NCBI GenBank assembly: GCA_002104905.1
Contig: MCFE01000044.1
Span: 135,527-199,526 of the forward strand
DNA: 64,000 nucleotides
Origin: Basidiobolus meristosporus CBS 931.73
Lineage: Eukaryota; Fungi; Basidiobolomycota
Direction: 5' to 3'
The position numbers and the translations under genes are program-made. This document shows, one piece after another, positions 1 to 13,415 of this stretch; position 1 is the first letter of the stretch; the number at the start of each line of letters is the position of its first letter. Under the pieces are notes generated by a model. That model did not search any database. It was not told where the DNA came from and was given only the letters and a program-made list of their open reading frames with translations.

Positions 1-250
1 CTCACCAAAATTTTTCACCTTCAACAACTTACAGATTTATACATCGATCAATTTGCATTTTCCAATTTTCGGCTATTCACCAAATCCAATTGGACACAAC
101 GGCATTGGTATTATTGACCAGAAAGCACATGTAGTGATTTGCCTCCTATACTTTCAGTGGAGTGACTTGGCGCTTTGGGGTGTCAGTCAGCATGTTTATT
201 TTCAGTATAGGACAATTATATACAACTGAAGTGGAGGAATAGTCCGCATT

Positions 251-1512
251 TCAATGCTTTAACTTTTCGCCTATAGTTTTCTCCAAAGCGCTTAGCATAT
301 GAGGATCCCCTTTTTTCCCGAAAATCTACGAATACACAGTTACTGAGAATCCAGGAGACACAAACGAACACTCAAGCTTAACTAACCTCAGTAATGAAAT
401 TTAGTACATTGATCTCCGTCAGCTCAACTTTTGCCCTGGGTCCCCATCGATACTCATACGAAGGTATCTCGTTACTCTGGCTAGAGAAGTCTACATGATT
501 GACCTGGCTCTTATCCAAATAGCCTTGCTTGATAAACTGTGTAACAAGCTGATCTATATCTCCAAACTCAGCATGTTCTACACCCTCACAAATCGATAGG
601 CGGCGTAGTGAATGTTTTAGCTGATCTGCAAATTCATTCAATGTTACTTGGATGTCTGAACCGATGCATGTCAAGTCTCTTTACCATCCGATAAGACACG
701 ATTGTTCACTAAGATGAGACTAAGTATCACCATTATTAGCCCCATTTGTTTCCGGTCTTTCCCCCAGTTAATAAATCCTTCTTGTACAGGAAGGATATTT
801 CGAAGTATGTATGCTTTTGTCGCTTGCTTGTCTTTCCCTAAGTTGGTGTGTCAGCAAGAGCAGGCTTGGGGATGCATTCTTGAGAGTGTGCATACCTTTT
901 CTACCGCCGTTATTGAATTTTTCCTTGTTCGGGAGTTCCACAAGCTCCATACCAAACGTTTCTCTCAGCTTCTCCTGCGCTTTGTCAAATACCAGATGAA
1001 AAATACGACTATGTTCGTGTAAGACTATAGAAGGAAGGAATGTTTAGCAACATGTCACGATATCTCGCAAGGAGAAATTCTCATTCTACCCCGTCTATTG
1101 ATATCCTCTCTTTTGAGAGGGGCTTTTCGGAATTCTGTACACAAAGCCAAACGAACCACGTCTTTCACTTTGCGTTCCAATTCCTTTAACAGTAAGTATT
1201 AGAAGTCGACAAATCATACAGGATGGAATCTAAAGAGTACAACCTCAGGCGAGAGATTTTGTGCTGCTTTTTCTGCCAAACGATATCTCGAGGGTTCAGC
1301 TTGTGTTTGAGAGCCATAATCTTCCTCATCGTCTAGTGTGTCCTTTCGAAACTGTGAATTCGTGGGAGTGTCATAAGATTGAGAATGGCTACTATAGTCA
1401 TTAATGTCGTCCTCGTCTTCCTAAAATCCAACCTGTTAATTTCTTGATTGGGCAGAAAAATTGCACCAAAAACAATACAATTAAGGGCCTCTTGGCGCGT
1501 CTTTGGCTCTAT
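251..1512 (-). CDS. NSE3: MAGE-domain Smc5/6 complex subunit Nse3, spliced; start codon unresolved
   Basis: Minus-strand exons give ELERKVKDVVRLALCTEFRKAPLKREDINR, MELVELP and YEYRWGPRAKVE (MAGE/Nse3 motifs). The last exon reads IFGKKGDPHMLSALEKTIGEKLKH* with the stop at 251-253. The 5' exon reads SQRRAKRPLI but begins ATAGAGC rather than ATGAGC. Confidence 0.8.
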
Positions 1513-1837
1513 CGGATTTTTGAGAGAAGGGTTAATAGTGGTTATATACATAATCTGTCAATGCAAACACTACCATGTTAAAGAAAAAGATATCCGGGTT
1601 TCTTGCCGAGTCAAAAATGAATAACAGACAAATCCGGCCTAAATTGATTTGTTTTTATTCAAAAGTATGTTTTCATACATAACAAGGCTTGGATTGAAGA
1701 ATGCATATAAATACATCTAGCATTTCATCAGTCGTGATAGGTGGGTGGGACGCAGTACTCTGAGCGATGTATTTCCAATGGTCTTTATTGAGTGCTTATA
1801 AAGCGAGTGAATAAAAACTATGCATCAACACAATAGT

Positions 1838-3196
1838 TTATTTTTTACTGTTGCTCTTTCCTAGCTTGTCGATCTTCTCAACTGATTTAATTACGCCAAG
1901 AGCGACAGTTTGACGCATATCACGAATGGCAAAACGTCCAAGAGGAGGATATTCTGCAAAGGTCTCAACACACAATGGCTTGGTAGGAACCATCTTGATG
2001 ATAGCGGCATCACCGGTTTTGATGAATTTGGGGGAATCTTCTATCTTCTTGCCTGTACGACGATCCAACTTCTCGAGAAGCTCTTGGAATCTGCAAGCAA
2101 CATGGGCCGTATGACAGTCCACAATAGGTGAATATCCTGCACTAATCTCACCAGGATGATTAAGCACGATGACTTGTGCGTTGAAAGAAACCGTTTCTTT
2201 GGCAGGATCGTTGGAAGAATCAGAACAAACTTGTCCACGTCCAATACCCCGGGTGGAGACATCAGCAAGGTTGAAGCCAACAATGTCACCGGGCTTGCCC
2301 TCGGTAAGCTGTTCATTGTGCATTTCAACCGACTTGACGTCGGAGGTAATATTGGAAGGGGCGAATGTGACATTCATTCCAGGCTTAATCACACCAGTCT
2401 CTACGCGGCCAACAGGGACAGCACCAATACCCCCGATTTTATAGACATCTTGTAGTGGAAGTCGAAGTGGCTTATCTTCAGGTCGGGCTGGAGGTTCAAC
2501 AGAATCAATAGCATCCAAAAGAGTCAATCCATTACTAACACCGGCTTTGGTTTCTCTTTGCCAACCCTTATACCAAGACATATTTTCAGAGGGCTCAGTA
2601 ATGTTGTCTCCATAGTAGCCCGAGATGGGAATGAATGGAACAGATTTGGGGTTGTAGCCAACTTTCTTTAGCAACGTACTAAGTTCCTCAACGATCTTAG
2701 TGTAGCGAGCCTCGGACCAATTCTCCTGGTCCATCTTATTGCAAGCAACTATCAACTGCTTAACTCCCAGGGTAAAAGCTAGTAAAGCATGTTCACGAGT
2801 TTGTCCATCTTTGGAAATGCCTTTCTCAAACTCTCCAGTAGTAGAGTCTACAACGAGAACTGCGCAATCGGCTTGGGAGGTACCTGTTAGCATGTTTTTA
2901 ATGAAATCCCGATGTCCAGGGGCATCGATCACCGAAATCTTGTGCTTCTCAGTCTCGAAATTTCCGAGACCAATATCAATAGTGATTCCACGTTCACGTT
3001 CAGACTTTAATTTGTCAAGGACCCAAGCGTATTTGAAGGAGCTTTTGCCTACTTCGGCAGCTTCCTTCTCATATTTTTGGAGAGTTTCCGTATCAACACC
3101 ACCACACTTGTAGATGAGATGGCCAGTGGTGGTAGATTTTCCTGAATCGACGTGGCCAATTATGACAACATTAACATGGCTTTGCTCTTTTCCCAT
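1838..3196 (-). CDS. TEF1: Translation elongation factor EF-1alpha, divergent paralogue with intronless CDS
   Basis: 452-aa ORF with [17 protein letters not shown] and NKMD GTPase motifs, [16 protein letters not shown], and the opisthokont insertion ([16 protein letters not shown]). Confidence 0.97.
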   Translation of the reverse strand: MGKEQSHVNVVIIGHVDSGKSTTTGHLIYKCGGVDTETLQKYEKEAAEVGKSSFKYAWVLDKLKSERERGITIDIGLGNFETEKHKISVIDAPGHRDFIKNMLTGTSQADCAVLVVDSTTGEFEKGISKDGQTREHALLAFTLGVKQLIVACNKMDQENWSEARYTKIVEELSTLLKKVGYNPKSVPFIPISGYYGDNITEPSENMSWYKGWQRETKAGVSNGLTLLDAIDSVEPPARPEDKPLRLPLQDVYKIGGIGAVPVGRVETGVIKPGMNVTFAPSNITSDVKSVEMHNEQLTEGKPGDIVGFNLADVSTRGIGRGQVCSDSSNDPAKETVSFNAQVIVLNHPGEISAGYSPIVDCHTAHVACRFQELLEKLDRRTGKKIEDSPKFIKTGDAAIIKMVPTKPLCVETFAEYPPLGRFAIRDMRQTVALGVIKSVEKIDKLGKSNSKK

Positions 3197-3823
3197 TTTG
3201 TTTTAACGAAGACAATTAGCTAAGCTTGACTTATCCTCTATTATAAAAGTAAAAGCAGTATGTAAGTTAAGAGGTGGAAAGATACCAAGATGATGCCACC
3301 ATAGGAGCCCCAACATACCTATGCCTTCAGGGAACTAGAAATATTATATAGACGTCAGTGAAATACACAGAACACTCACCTTTCATAACTATTGAAAAAA
3401 ATACCTGAAAAAAATGCGCACTGCGCTGCACTATTTTTGATCGTCCAGTATCTACCAAACCCAACAATCATGCACAATATCCATGGACTCAAGGTCCCCA
3501 AATTCCGATCGGCTCCGACCAAGACTGTTATTGATAGTTATGTTGGTGTCAAATAAAATTCATGGTAATCTGTATTCATATACTCAAAATTGGGTTTTGG
3601 TATATGATTGCTGAGATAATTCCTATGTTGATTAGCAGGATCCTTTCTGTGTGCAAACTTGTGCTATCTTTTGTCCTTTCGCAGGACAGGCTATTGTTCT
3701 ATTTTGACAGAGTTGATAGGATTCTTCATGTAATTAGATTTCGACCATATTGAGAACCTATTATAAGATAATACCCTTACTGCCGCTGACATTCTCTACT
3801 CGGTCATCAGTAAAACTTTAACC

Positions 3824-5958
3824 ATGTTTGCTGGATCTGGCCACTTTCGTAAGCACCCTTGTCCTTACATTCCCAACTGCCCTAGAAATGAATACTGCGT
3901 ATTCTCACATGTCCTGCCGCCTTCTAGACCACGAAAAAGTAAGTCGATATCTAAGCTAGATATCGTTGTCTTGATATGTCTAGCTAACCTGTGCTTATTT
4001 TCTAGTTCAAAAGATTTCTCCGCCTGTTGCTCAAAACCCCAAGCCAAAAATTGCGAAGGCGTCGACTGAAACGAGTTTAGCGAAACAAATCCCAGGCTCC
4101 GACATAGCCAAGAGACCAAAGCCTAACTCTAGCCTAGCTACAGTGGCTTCGAAACCAGATAACAAGCCTACAAGAGGTATAGAGACTCTATATGCTTACT
4201 CTATGGTGTTTATATGTCGTGTCTAATTTCGATAACTATAGAAAAACCATCAGTCATATTGGTATCTAATATCGATGTTCGAAATGTTGCGGTCAAGGAG
4301 CCTTCTAAGGTACCGCATTCTCTATTCATACAATACAAAAACTACGATTAACATCATACATACGCATTCAGCATTCCCCAATCTTACCCGAGATTCATCT
4401 TACTTCTGGATCTGGTAAGCGTACTGCTCATGCTTCCGAGGTAACGTTAATCCAATTTCAGTATCTTGGAGGTATGCATAACCGGCGGTTTATGAATTAC
4501 ATAGACTCCTCAAACTACGGGCCCACCTGTTCTTCCTATGGATCCTAGGTCACACACAAATCGCACAATGAGACAATCAACAATGACCAAGTTTTACGAG
4601 CAATTTCAAAGAATCTACGCTCCCATCCAAAGTACACATCCCGGTTTACCCTCGGAGCATGCTCTACGCCAAGAGGCAGCTGTACATAGTAAATCTAACA
4701 AAGGATCTTATCGTAATGTCGCAGTTAACGTTTTGATGAGGTTGAAGAAGCGACCTGAAGCAACATCCAGCGAGGATGTAGGTATTGACGGTGAATGGGA
4801 ACCACCAAAAGAATCCGTACCCGTTAAGTATGAAGACGCATTGCAATATATCCTCAGCGAGGAACAACTCGAAAGCATGGGCTATCCGGTACGGATTCCT
4901 GTGGCTGCTCCCGACTTGCAGACGGAGGAAGAAGAGAATAAGAAACAATGTGAAAGATGTAAAGCTACGTTCACAATCAAGGAGACCCTTGAGCCGGCAG
5001 ATATGTCCGCCTGCACCTATCACTTTGGTCGTTTACGCGTGAAGATGTCAAACGGTAATCGTCCCTGTACTTATTTTCATTCCATAGAAGCGTCTAATGC
5101 GTGATATTAGGTGAAAAATTGAGAATTTACACATGTTGTAACGAAACACATGGGCATACAGGGTGTGTTCGTGGGCCACACGTCTTCAAGGATGACGATC
5201 TGGGTGTTTTACACAAGAAGATTCCATTTGTCGAAACTCCCGAAAAAAGCGGAGAGAGCAATGATTATCGCGATATTGTTGCCCTGGATTGTGAAATGGT
5301 GATTAGGGCAATCATTTGTACCATCTGTTTTTATACACACTAACCATCTGAGTACTCAGTGCTATACGACCGGTGGGTTTGAACTTACGAGATTGACAGT
5401 GATTGATGCACAGCTGAAAAGTGTCCTTGATGAATTGGTTATTCCGTACCATTCGATCATTGACTTGAACACCAGATTTAGGTAGGAGCCTTGTGGTACA
5501 TTCCCTCTCCTGAGCAACCGTGCTTATATCTAATCCCAAATAGTGGAATCCATGACCTGTCCACTGCTAAATACGATTTCGAGCAAATACGCAGCCGCCT
5601 GTTTCGTTATCTTCACAAAGATACCATCGTTGTTGGCCAAAGTTTAGAAAACGATTTTAAAGTGATGCGTATCATACATAATAAGGTCGTCGATACGGCA
5701 GCTGTAAGTATTGCTCTGGTTTGTGGTGAGCCCACTCGTGCATGAGCTAACAAAATTTTGATATGGTAGCTGTTTCCGCATCCCAATGGTCTCCCGTATC
5801 GTTATTCACTAAAGCACCTCAGTGCCAAGTATATGAAGGTCTTTATTCAGGACAGTGAAGATGGACATGACTCTTATGAGGATTCCAAAGCATGTATGGA
5901 CCTGCTTGCTTTGAAAATTCAAAAGGGGCCAAAGTTCGGGGTTGCTGGAAATGAGTAA
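3824..5958 (+). CDS. DEDDh RNA exonuclease (REX3/REXO1-like) with N-terminal CCCH finger, multi-exon
   Basis: N-terminal CPYIPNCPRNEYCVFSH. Exons encode CTYHFGR, YTCC...GCVRGPHVF, IVALDCEM, IVVGQSLENDFKVMRIIHNKVVDTA and GHDSYEDSKACMDL. Stop TAA at 5956-5958. Confidence 0.88.
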
Positions 5959-6345
5959 GCTTGATACCTACTAGTCCATCACACTACTCTATGCTTCTCT
6001 GTGAAATAGTCGCATTATAAGCATACTGGCGATGTTGGTCAGAAAAGAAAGTATCGGGTAAAGTGGAATCACTTTCCCTGGCGACTGAATCCTGGGAACT
6101 CGTATCCTATTGTACACCTGGCTCCCAACAACAATAGATAAACCTACTGATTTATAAATTTTGATTGCTTTTGTTACCATGAAATTACTTGAAAATTGGA
6201 CGTTGCTTCAAGCCTAAATAATCCAAATATAGCAGGGAAATCGTCAAAATGGCATATTTTAATTCCCCATGTAATTAATTCAGTAAGAAATAACCACAGC
6301 ACAAGAGCCTGAAGTTGTCTTGCGAGTGCAAAAACCAGTGCACAA

Positions 6346-8660
6346 ATGTCGGTTGGATCTTTGGTGACCAGTTACAATATATTTCACACTCCCGCCTCCG
6401 GTTGTGCCCATCTCGAATTGTGTAAAAATGAAGTGCTCGAAGCCTATAGAATTTTGGTTAGATATGTTTACCGAAGCCGCTATCGTGAAGCACTTTCTTT
6501 AGCTGAGACCGGGAAAAAGCTCCACCTAGAGGTACACTTGATAGCAGTGAATACCCCCGATAACCGACGTCTAGTCAATATTAACTTCTGCAACCACTCG
6601 TTTTCGTTAGCTGCCTGTTCCAATGTGTACAGATTGCCATTTCACGACGGGGCGCGTTCATGGTTGTCTGCATTGCTCGTATCTTGGTTGTTGGAATAGA
6701 AGTCATCTGCAAGTTCATTTGATTGACAAAGATCATATTTTCGGTATTTATCACAGTAAATGGGGAGCTTCCAAGGGCCGAGAGAATAACATAAGCTGTA
6801 GCTATGGATCTAAATAGGTTCACAGTATATTGCAACAACTGTAACGACTACATATATGACTTGGAGTTTGACCGTGTTCACGACGAAGAGAAACTCAGCG
6901 CATATAGAATAGTGGCCAAATATACAGGTATGCGCAGCGTCAAGGCTGAGTGAATACCTCCCTAGCTTTACACCTAGATACCCGCTAACATTTTTCCCAA
7001 TGAAGAGCATCGAGTGGACTGCCCCAGATACACCGAATGGCGCCCAAACGAGCTCGAGATTGCAGCCTTGAGGAATCAAGCTCAGCTGCGGAGATGTGAA
7101 GGTGGGTAGCAGAATTCCGACCCGTAGAGGCCAGTCAGAAGTAACAGTGTTTTCTTGCTAGGCTTGCGTGGTCTCCGTAATTTAGGCAGCACCTGTTTTA
7201 TGAATGTTATCATCCAGGTATTCGTTCACAATCCATTGCTTCGAGCGTACTATCTGTGCGACAAACATGACGTCACGGGATGCCCCAAGAAGCCTTGCCT
7301 TTCATGCGAGATGGACAAGTTGTTCAACGAAGTAAATAGCAACATTGGTGCTTTTGAAGCGTGACCTTGGCTAAAATTTTATCACGGTAGCTTTATTCGG
7401 GTAAGAAAGAACCGTATGGCCCGTGTACGTTTCTGCACTGCATGTGGCTTTCATCTACCGAATTGGCTGGGTACGCCCAGCAGGATGCCCATGAGTTTTT
7501 CATATCTGCTCTGAATGAAATCCACACAAGCGCTGAAGGTAAGCGGATGCTATTTTACAGCCATAAACTAGAGAAGTATTAATGAATAGAGCGCAGGGAG
7601 TAAAAACCACGGCTGCCGCTGTATCATTCACCAAACGTTCGCCGGAATCCTTCAGTCAGATGTAACATGTCAGCGATGTGGAAATGTCACTACGGCATAT
7701 GATCCAGTGCTAGATGTGTCTCTAGATGTAAAAGCCACTGCACGCAAGAAAAAATCATCGAAACGTGATGATGTCTCATATTCCTTGGTTGACTGCCTTA
7801 ATAGATATACTAGCCCTGAAAAGCTAGGCCCAAGAGAATACAGTTGTAGTAAATGTGGCAACACCTTCCAAGTAAGTCATAGCTTGGTATCCAAGCCACA
7901 CACTCTCTCAAACACACCTCACCCTATAGGAAGCTACGAAGCAACTCTCATTTAAAGCACTCCCGCCTGTACTAAGTATTCAGCTGAAGGTACTGCCGTG
8001 TATCACATTGCACTAGGAGCGCCATACTAACCGCCTACTCAACCCTTTCTCAGCGATTTGAACACACCTCTAGCGCTAGTAAAATTGAGAGCTTGATTCG
8101 GATCCCTTATGAATTAGACATGACACCCTTCACTCCAATGGGGCGCAATGCACGCAATGATAGACGTCTCGAGTAAGACAGCCTTTCTAACCTATCTAAT
8201 CCATTGGCTAATCATCCAATTTAGACCCCCTCTTCCAAGCCTAAAGTATAAGTTGTTTGCAGTCGTGAACCACGAAGGAAAGCTCGATACCGGACATTAT
8301 ACCGTTGCGATACGGCATCGTGAGGAGGTACGTGTTCTCAGAAGAGAAGATTCATGCTCGTAGCGTTACTCAAGCAGCCGTTCCTTAGTGGTTCCGATTC
8401 GACGATCATATGGTAAAGCTGGCCCAACCCTCGGATATTGTCAGTAACAAAGCGTATGTGATCAATTTGTCATGCGCCATGCCGCAAATAGTAACCATTT
8501 TCGCAGGTATATGTGTTTTTACATCAAAGATGTGCTAGACTACGAGCCTCCTTATGTCGAACAAGAAGAGGCGGAGAAGGAGGAAGAGGTGGAGCTGAAG
8601 GGGTCCATTGGCTCGGCAATGGTCAACGATGAAACCGACATGGAGCTTGATTTTGTCTGA
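6346..8660 (+). CDS. UBP8: Ubiquitin-specific protease Ubp8/USP22 (SAGA deubiquitinase), multi-exon
   Basis: ZnF-UBP (CTDC...RVHGCLHCSYLGCW..HLQ.H), Cys box GLRGLRNLGSTCFMNVIIQ, QQDAHEF, and His box YKLFAVVNHEGKLDTGHY. Confidence 0.92.
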
Positions 8661-8940
8661 AGAGGAGGCAAGCAAAGCAAGCAAGCAATCCAATGTTGTT
8701 TAGTAACGCACACTTTTAGGCACCAAGATCGACAATCAATAAAATAAACAAGGCTATTCATACCAATGGAGATTAGGGCCCCTCATCGGATTTGGGGAAG
8801 GATTTTTTTTTGATGGAGAAATCATGTATAAAATTTTTTATCGTCATCGGGGGAATTCTCTCTCTTTTAACTTCCTGTTGGATCGTATTTTTTGATCCTT
8901 CCCACTTAATTGAATTCTCAAGGAAGAGAACTAATTCGTA

Positions 8941-9622
8941 ATGAGCACATTCGAAAAGGTTAATTATCGTCAATTAATGGATGCATTTTGTTTGTATTAT
9001 GGATAGACACTCACCCTCCTCTTGCATCTAGGTTGTTGTTATCGACGGTAGAGGCCATCTTCTTGGTCGCCTTGCTTCCATCATCTCCAAGCAAATCCTC
9101 AACGGCCAAAAGGTTGTTGTTGTCCGTTGCGAGGAGTTGAACGTCACCGGTTCTTTCTTCAGAAACAAGATTAAGTACCACGCTTTCCTCCGCAAGCGTT
9201 GTGTTGTCAACCCCTCCAAGGGCCCCTATCACTTCCGTGCTCCTTCCCGTATCCTCTGGCGTACTATCCGTGGTATGATCCCCCACAAGACTGCCCGTGG
9301 TACCGCTGCCATGGAGCGCCTCAAGCTCTTCGAGGGTGTTCCTCCTCCTTATGACACCATGAAGCGCATGGTCGTCCCTGCCGCTCTTCGTGTCCTCCGC
9401 CTCAAGCCCGGACGCAAGTACACCACCATCAGCCGTTTGAGTTCCGAGGTTGGCTGGAAGTACGAGGATGTCGTCAAGAAGCTCGAAGAGAAGCGCAAGG
9501 TCAAGTCCAAGGCCTACTACGAACGCAAGAAGGCTCTCCTCAACTTGAAGACCAAGGCTGCTGCTGCCAAGGCCGAAGAGTTGAAGAGCGTCAACGAATC
9601 CTTGGCTGCCTATGGTTATTAA
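8941..9622 (+). CDS. RPL16: 60S ribosomal protein uL13 (L13a/L16); exons 8941-8958 and 9032-9622
   Basis: MSTFEK|[16 protein letters not shown]...[28 protein letters not shown] intron 8959-9031. Strong C/G-ending codon bias typical of highly expressed genes. Confidence 0.97.
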
Positions 9623-9838
9623 GTTCATGGCGTTTTTCTAGCCCTTTACACTCCAACAATCCCCGTTTGAATAAAAAGATTTCGGTTTACGTTTGGAATA
9701 CAAAAGCTCGGTCTGGCTTGGTTTGATTAGTATTTTATTGATATTCGAGTAGTAGAACTTGAATAGACTAGAGGATACGCAACTAATAATATATACACAA
9801 CCGAATTCAATAGAGAACCTGTGCTTAGTCTACATAAT

Positions 9839-10717
9839 CTATATGAAGTACTCGGGTTTTTTGATGTTGATTCCATACTCAGAGAGGGCAGCGGAGAGGT
9901 CGTCCATGGTGAGCACCGTCTTCTTGTCCTGTATTGGAAAGGGTGCTCAGCGACTACTACACGAGCCTTTCGTGAAAATAGGAATAGTACGTACTTTGGC
10001 GCCTAGCTTCTTCGCAGTATTTCCTTGCTGTACGAATTTTACAATACTGAAATGCGTCCGTGGCTATATCTGCGATGAACTTCTGAGCGGCAAGTGCGAG
10101 TAAACGCTTACTACAATAAAACCAAGGCTCAGCTGCGTGCTGTCAAGTCATAATTAACCTGACTCGTATCTTACACTCGGATGTCGTCGCAGTCAAAGCC
10201 TGTTCTACCAAGGTAGTAATCTGTAACGGCATCAGGGATCTGGGTGAGAGAAGCGAGGTTAGAAAGTTTGCCGGACTGCCTTCTCGGATTCGCGTGGTGT
10301 AGACAACTATCACGATGTAGGTATACTCACAATGGGCGTGTAGTGATCCATAAGTAACAAAAATTCTGCCAGGGTTTTGTTTTTTCTAAGCATTTCTTCA
10401 TCCTTACGGGTCAACGGGGCATCGGGCTTTTCCTCCACGTTATCTTCATTTTTACTGGTTTCTTCTTGATCCTCATCTTCCGCATTCTCCGTGTTCATCG
10501 GTTCTGCCTTAGTAGCTTCTTTTTCCTTCTCTTTTTCTTTCTCTTGAGTACTGATGGGTGTGGAGCGATCAGTTGCTGAATCAATATCCATAGCCACCGT
10601 CTCCTTCTCTTCTCCGGAGGCTACTTCCGAGTTTGAAGCCGAGTTCTCTTGCTGGAGCAGTTCGTTAGAGGAGATTTCAGCATCGTTTTGTTTTAGAGCG
10701 GGTGAATTGGTATCCAT
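9839..10717 (-). CDS. TAF10: TFIID/SAGA subunit Taf10, multi-exon
   Basis: Acidic N-terminus, then KTLAEFLLLMDHYTPI|IPDAVTDYYL..TGFDCDD, LLALAAQKFIADIATDA and VLTMDDLSAALSEYGINIKKPEYFI*. Confidence 0.92.
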
Positions 10718-10827
10718 ATTGACTATTCTAACCACTTTCGAGTCCTCAAGAAATAGCTAGTAGCAGTATGAGCAGATTTGTATATTTTCAGCATCCATGT
10801 AATAGCCTTTCAAAAGTTGATTCCTCA

Positions 10828-10837
10828 ATCACGTGAT
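10828..10837. promoter_or_regulatory. Palindromic E-box ATCACGTGAT in the TAF10/ATG5 divergent promoter
   Basis: A perfect 10-bp palindrome containing the RTCACGTG bHLH (Cbf1-type) site lies in a ~280-bp head-to-head intergenic gap. Confidence 0.35.
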
Positions 10838-10996
10838 ATAGATTCATGTATTCTTGGCCACCATTTATGACCAACTAATCTATTCTTAATTCCGCTTTCA
10901 GGATTACAAGTCAGCATCATACAATACAACGTACGCCTAATATTGCCTTCGCCAAACCTTGCCTATAAAGTCAGCAAAAGATAGATCAAGGGATTA

Positions 10997-12200
10997 ATGA
11001 ATGCGAACCAAGCTAGTTCCGAATTCACACATATCAACAATTCTTTCGTAAAACTAGTATGGGAAGGTGAAATCCCGATAGAATTTACTCTGGACCCTAC
11101 CGATGCCGCTGCACTGAATACGCCTGTCCCTGAGCCACACTACGTTAGTACTCTCCAATATGGAGAACGCGTTCGAAGCCTGGCATTTCCCCTAACACTA
11201 TCTTGCTTTGCAGGCACTGATTCGCCGCTGCTCTTATTTTCCACTAGTCACCGCAACAATTATCCGTCAACTTCTCGCACCCATAAGCGCCTTTGATGGC
11301 AAGGAAACTGACATTTGGTATTCTTGCAATAGAGTACCGTTGAAATGGTAATCACACACAACCTCCTATTTCATCTAATACTTTGCTTACTGTGGAGTTC
11401 AGGAATTATCCAATTGGCCTACTCTACGACCTGGCCACAGCAACGTCCAACTTCAGCTCCGGTGCTCACGACGGTTCATTACCCTGGAAAGTGACAGTAC
11501 ACTGTAAAGAATACCCAGGAGACAAACTTATCCGTTCGCCTTCCTCAAATATGGCCAGGGACTATTTCATGTCGATTATGAAAGAGGTATGGGACGGACA
11601 AGCGAACTGCAGACAGTCTACCAAGTGTATGCTAAACGTCTATATCCATCAGGCAGACTATCTCCGAAACGGCTCGACCAAGAAAGTGATGAATTTATCT
11701 AAACAAGATCAACTACAGCTGTGGGACAGCATAGTTGCAGGTATATCTTTGGATAATCTCAATCACAGCAGCGACCAGGTCCTCACGCTCATTCATAGAT
11801 AGCTTCGAGAATTTCTGGCTAGTCAATACGCAGCTGATCACCAATGATAACCAGCCCCCCAAACACGTTCCACTAAGGATATATTTACCCGCGGATTGCC
11901 CCATCTTGCAAGAGCCCATTACAGTATACAAAGACAGCGGTACGCATAGATTTGGATCTGCATTGGACTTCAACCGTCCATTACTGATGGCACTATAACA
12001 TTTTAGGTGAGGAATACACCATCGGCGAGATATTTATGCTTCTTCTTCCTGACCTATTTGACGGCCCGTCTCTGCCTAAGGCAAGTGCTGTGATACACGG
12101 GATCTCTCTCTCCCTAGATACTCCGTTACCTTGGCTCTATCAAAACTTGTCGTTTCCTGATAATTTTCTTCACATTGTCATTACTCTCAATAATACTTAA
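10997..12200 (+). CDS. ATG5: Autophagy protein Atg5, multi-exon
   Basis: VWEGEIPIEF, RCSYFPL, PLKW|NYPIGLLYDL, LPWKVTVH, KE|ADYLRNGSTKKVMNLSKQDQLQLW, PLRIY and PLDTPLPWLYQNLSFPDNFLHIV. Confidence 0.93.
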
Positions 12201-12493
12201 CCCCGCATTTCATCCATGCATAGTAGTACACTTGATTGGCCTACGAGGTGACCAATCGCAACTCGTAGTATTTTGTATATACGAGACACAAATCTTTAAT
12301 AAATACTGAAACTTTCGCCTACATTTGATCAGTTACGATCGAGTTGGTTTGTTTTGAAATCAACGTCGCAGATAAACAATACACGAAGTTGGCGTTTGAA
12401 TTCATCTCGTTAGCTTTTGTATTGTTTTTCTTATTCATCTTACCACCCCCATCCACACCTAACGAAGACACGTGAAACTTCAGCACAACGAAC

Positions 12494-13415
12494 ATGGCGG
12501 ACGAAATTAAGCAACAGGAAGGTCCTAGAATGACCAAACTCCGCGTTTTGCTTGAGAAAGCACTTTCCAAAACACTGAAAAATTGCAGGTAAGCGCGTAA
12601 TGGAGCCATCTCTACCTCCATCTGTAGTCACTAATACCACACAGTTACGACAAGGTTGCGCAGTGTTTCTCTCAACTAGCACAAGACTCGCCAGAAGCCC
12701 TGCAAAGTGCAGTGGATCAAGTGGTAGATTTCTTAAAAACAAGAATCAACGTAAAAAACGCTACTTCACTCTTCTCACGTATATATCCTCGCGTACTGAA
12801 CCACGATGCATTGTATAGGAGGAGTTTGAAACAATCGTTGAGAAACGTGACTTGATCAACAAGTTGAACTCGTTGGACGAGCTTATTGCCTCTGCCAAAA
12901 AGATGAATCAAAAGGAGGCTGTGTCCTTGCAAAGGTAATATCTTCATCGACATACCTGGCGGAAGCAATATTAAAAATGCTTTCGATTAGACCTGCACCT
13001 GAAATAGCTATACTTTCAAAAACGGTGGTTTCAAAAAGGGAGGAGATGGAGCGTCTCAAGGCCCAACTTCTCGAGGTACGCTTTCTTTTTTTGGCATGAT
13101 CTGGTTTCCTTTCCAACTTTTCAAACTTTAAAACTCTGTCTAGGTTCAACAAGAAAACAGCGGATTAATGGAGGATTTGAAGGCAAAGAACAAGGCTATG
13201 GAGTCCAACAAGAAGGAGGTCATGGGTATGCTACAGGAAATTGATCAGGTACGGTAGCCTCGATGAAAGATCAGCGATTATTGTTCAACAACTCTAATGT
13301 GCGCACTTTTTCTTTGCTTTAGGCCATGAGTCTTGCATCCAACGTCCAGCCTCAGACCCTAAGCAACATGGTCGATGACTTGATGGTGGAAACGAATCCC
13401 AACCTTGTTGTATAG
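12494..13415 (+). CDS. NNF1: Mis12 kinetochore complex subunit Nnf1/PMF1-like, multi-exon
   Basis: MADEIKQQEGPRMTKLRVLLEKALSKTLKNC, EEFETIVEKRDLINKLNSLDELIASAK, and a coiled-coil C-terminus. Matches the Nnf1 family pattern from recall. Confidence 0.7.

Noticed and set aside
9011-9628. 205-aa minus-strand ORF
   Set aside because: Antisense shadow of strongly codon-biased RPL16.
6346-10717. UBP8 and TAF10, both SAGA subunits, within about 1.2 kb of each other
   Set aside because: They are separated by RPL16 and share no promoter; in so gene-dense a genome this is plausibly chance.
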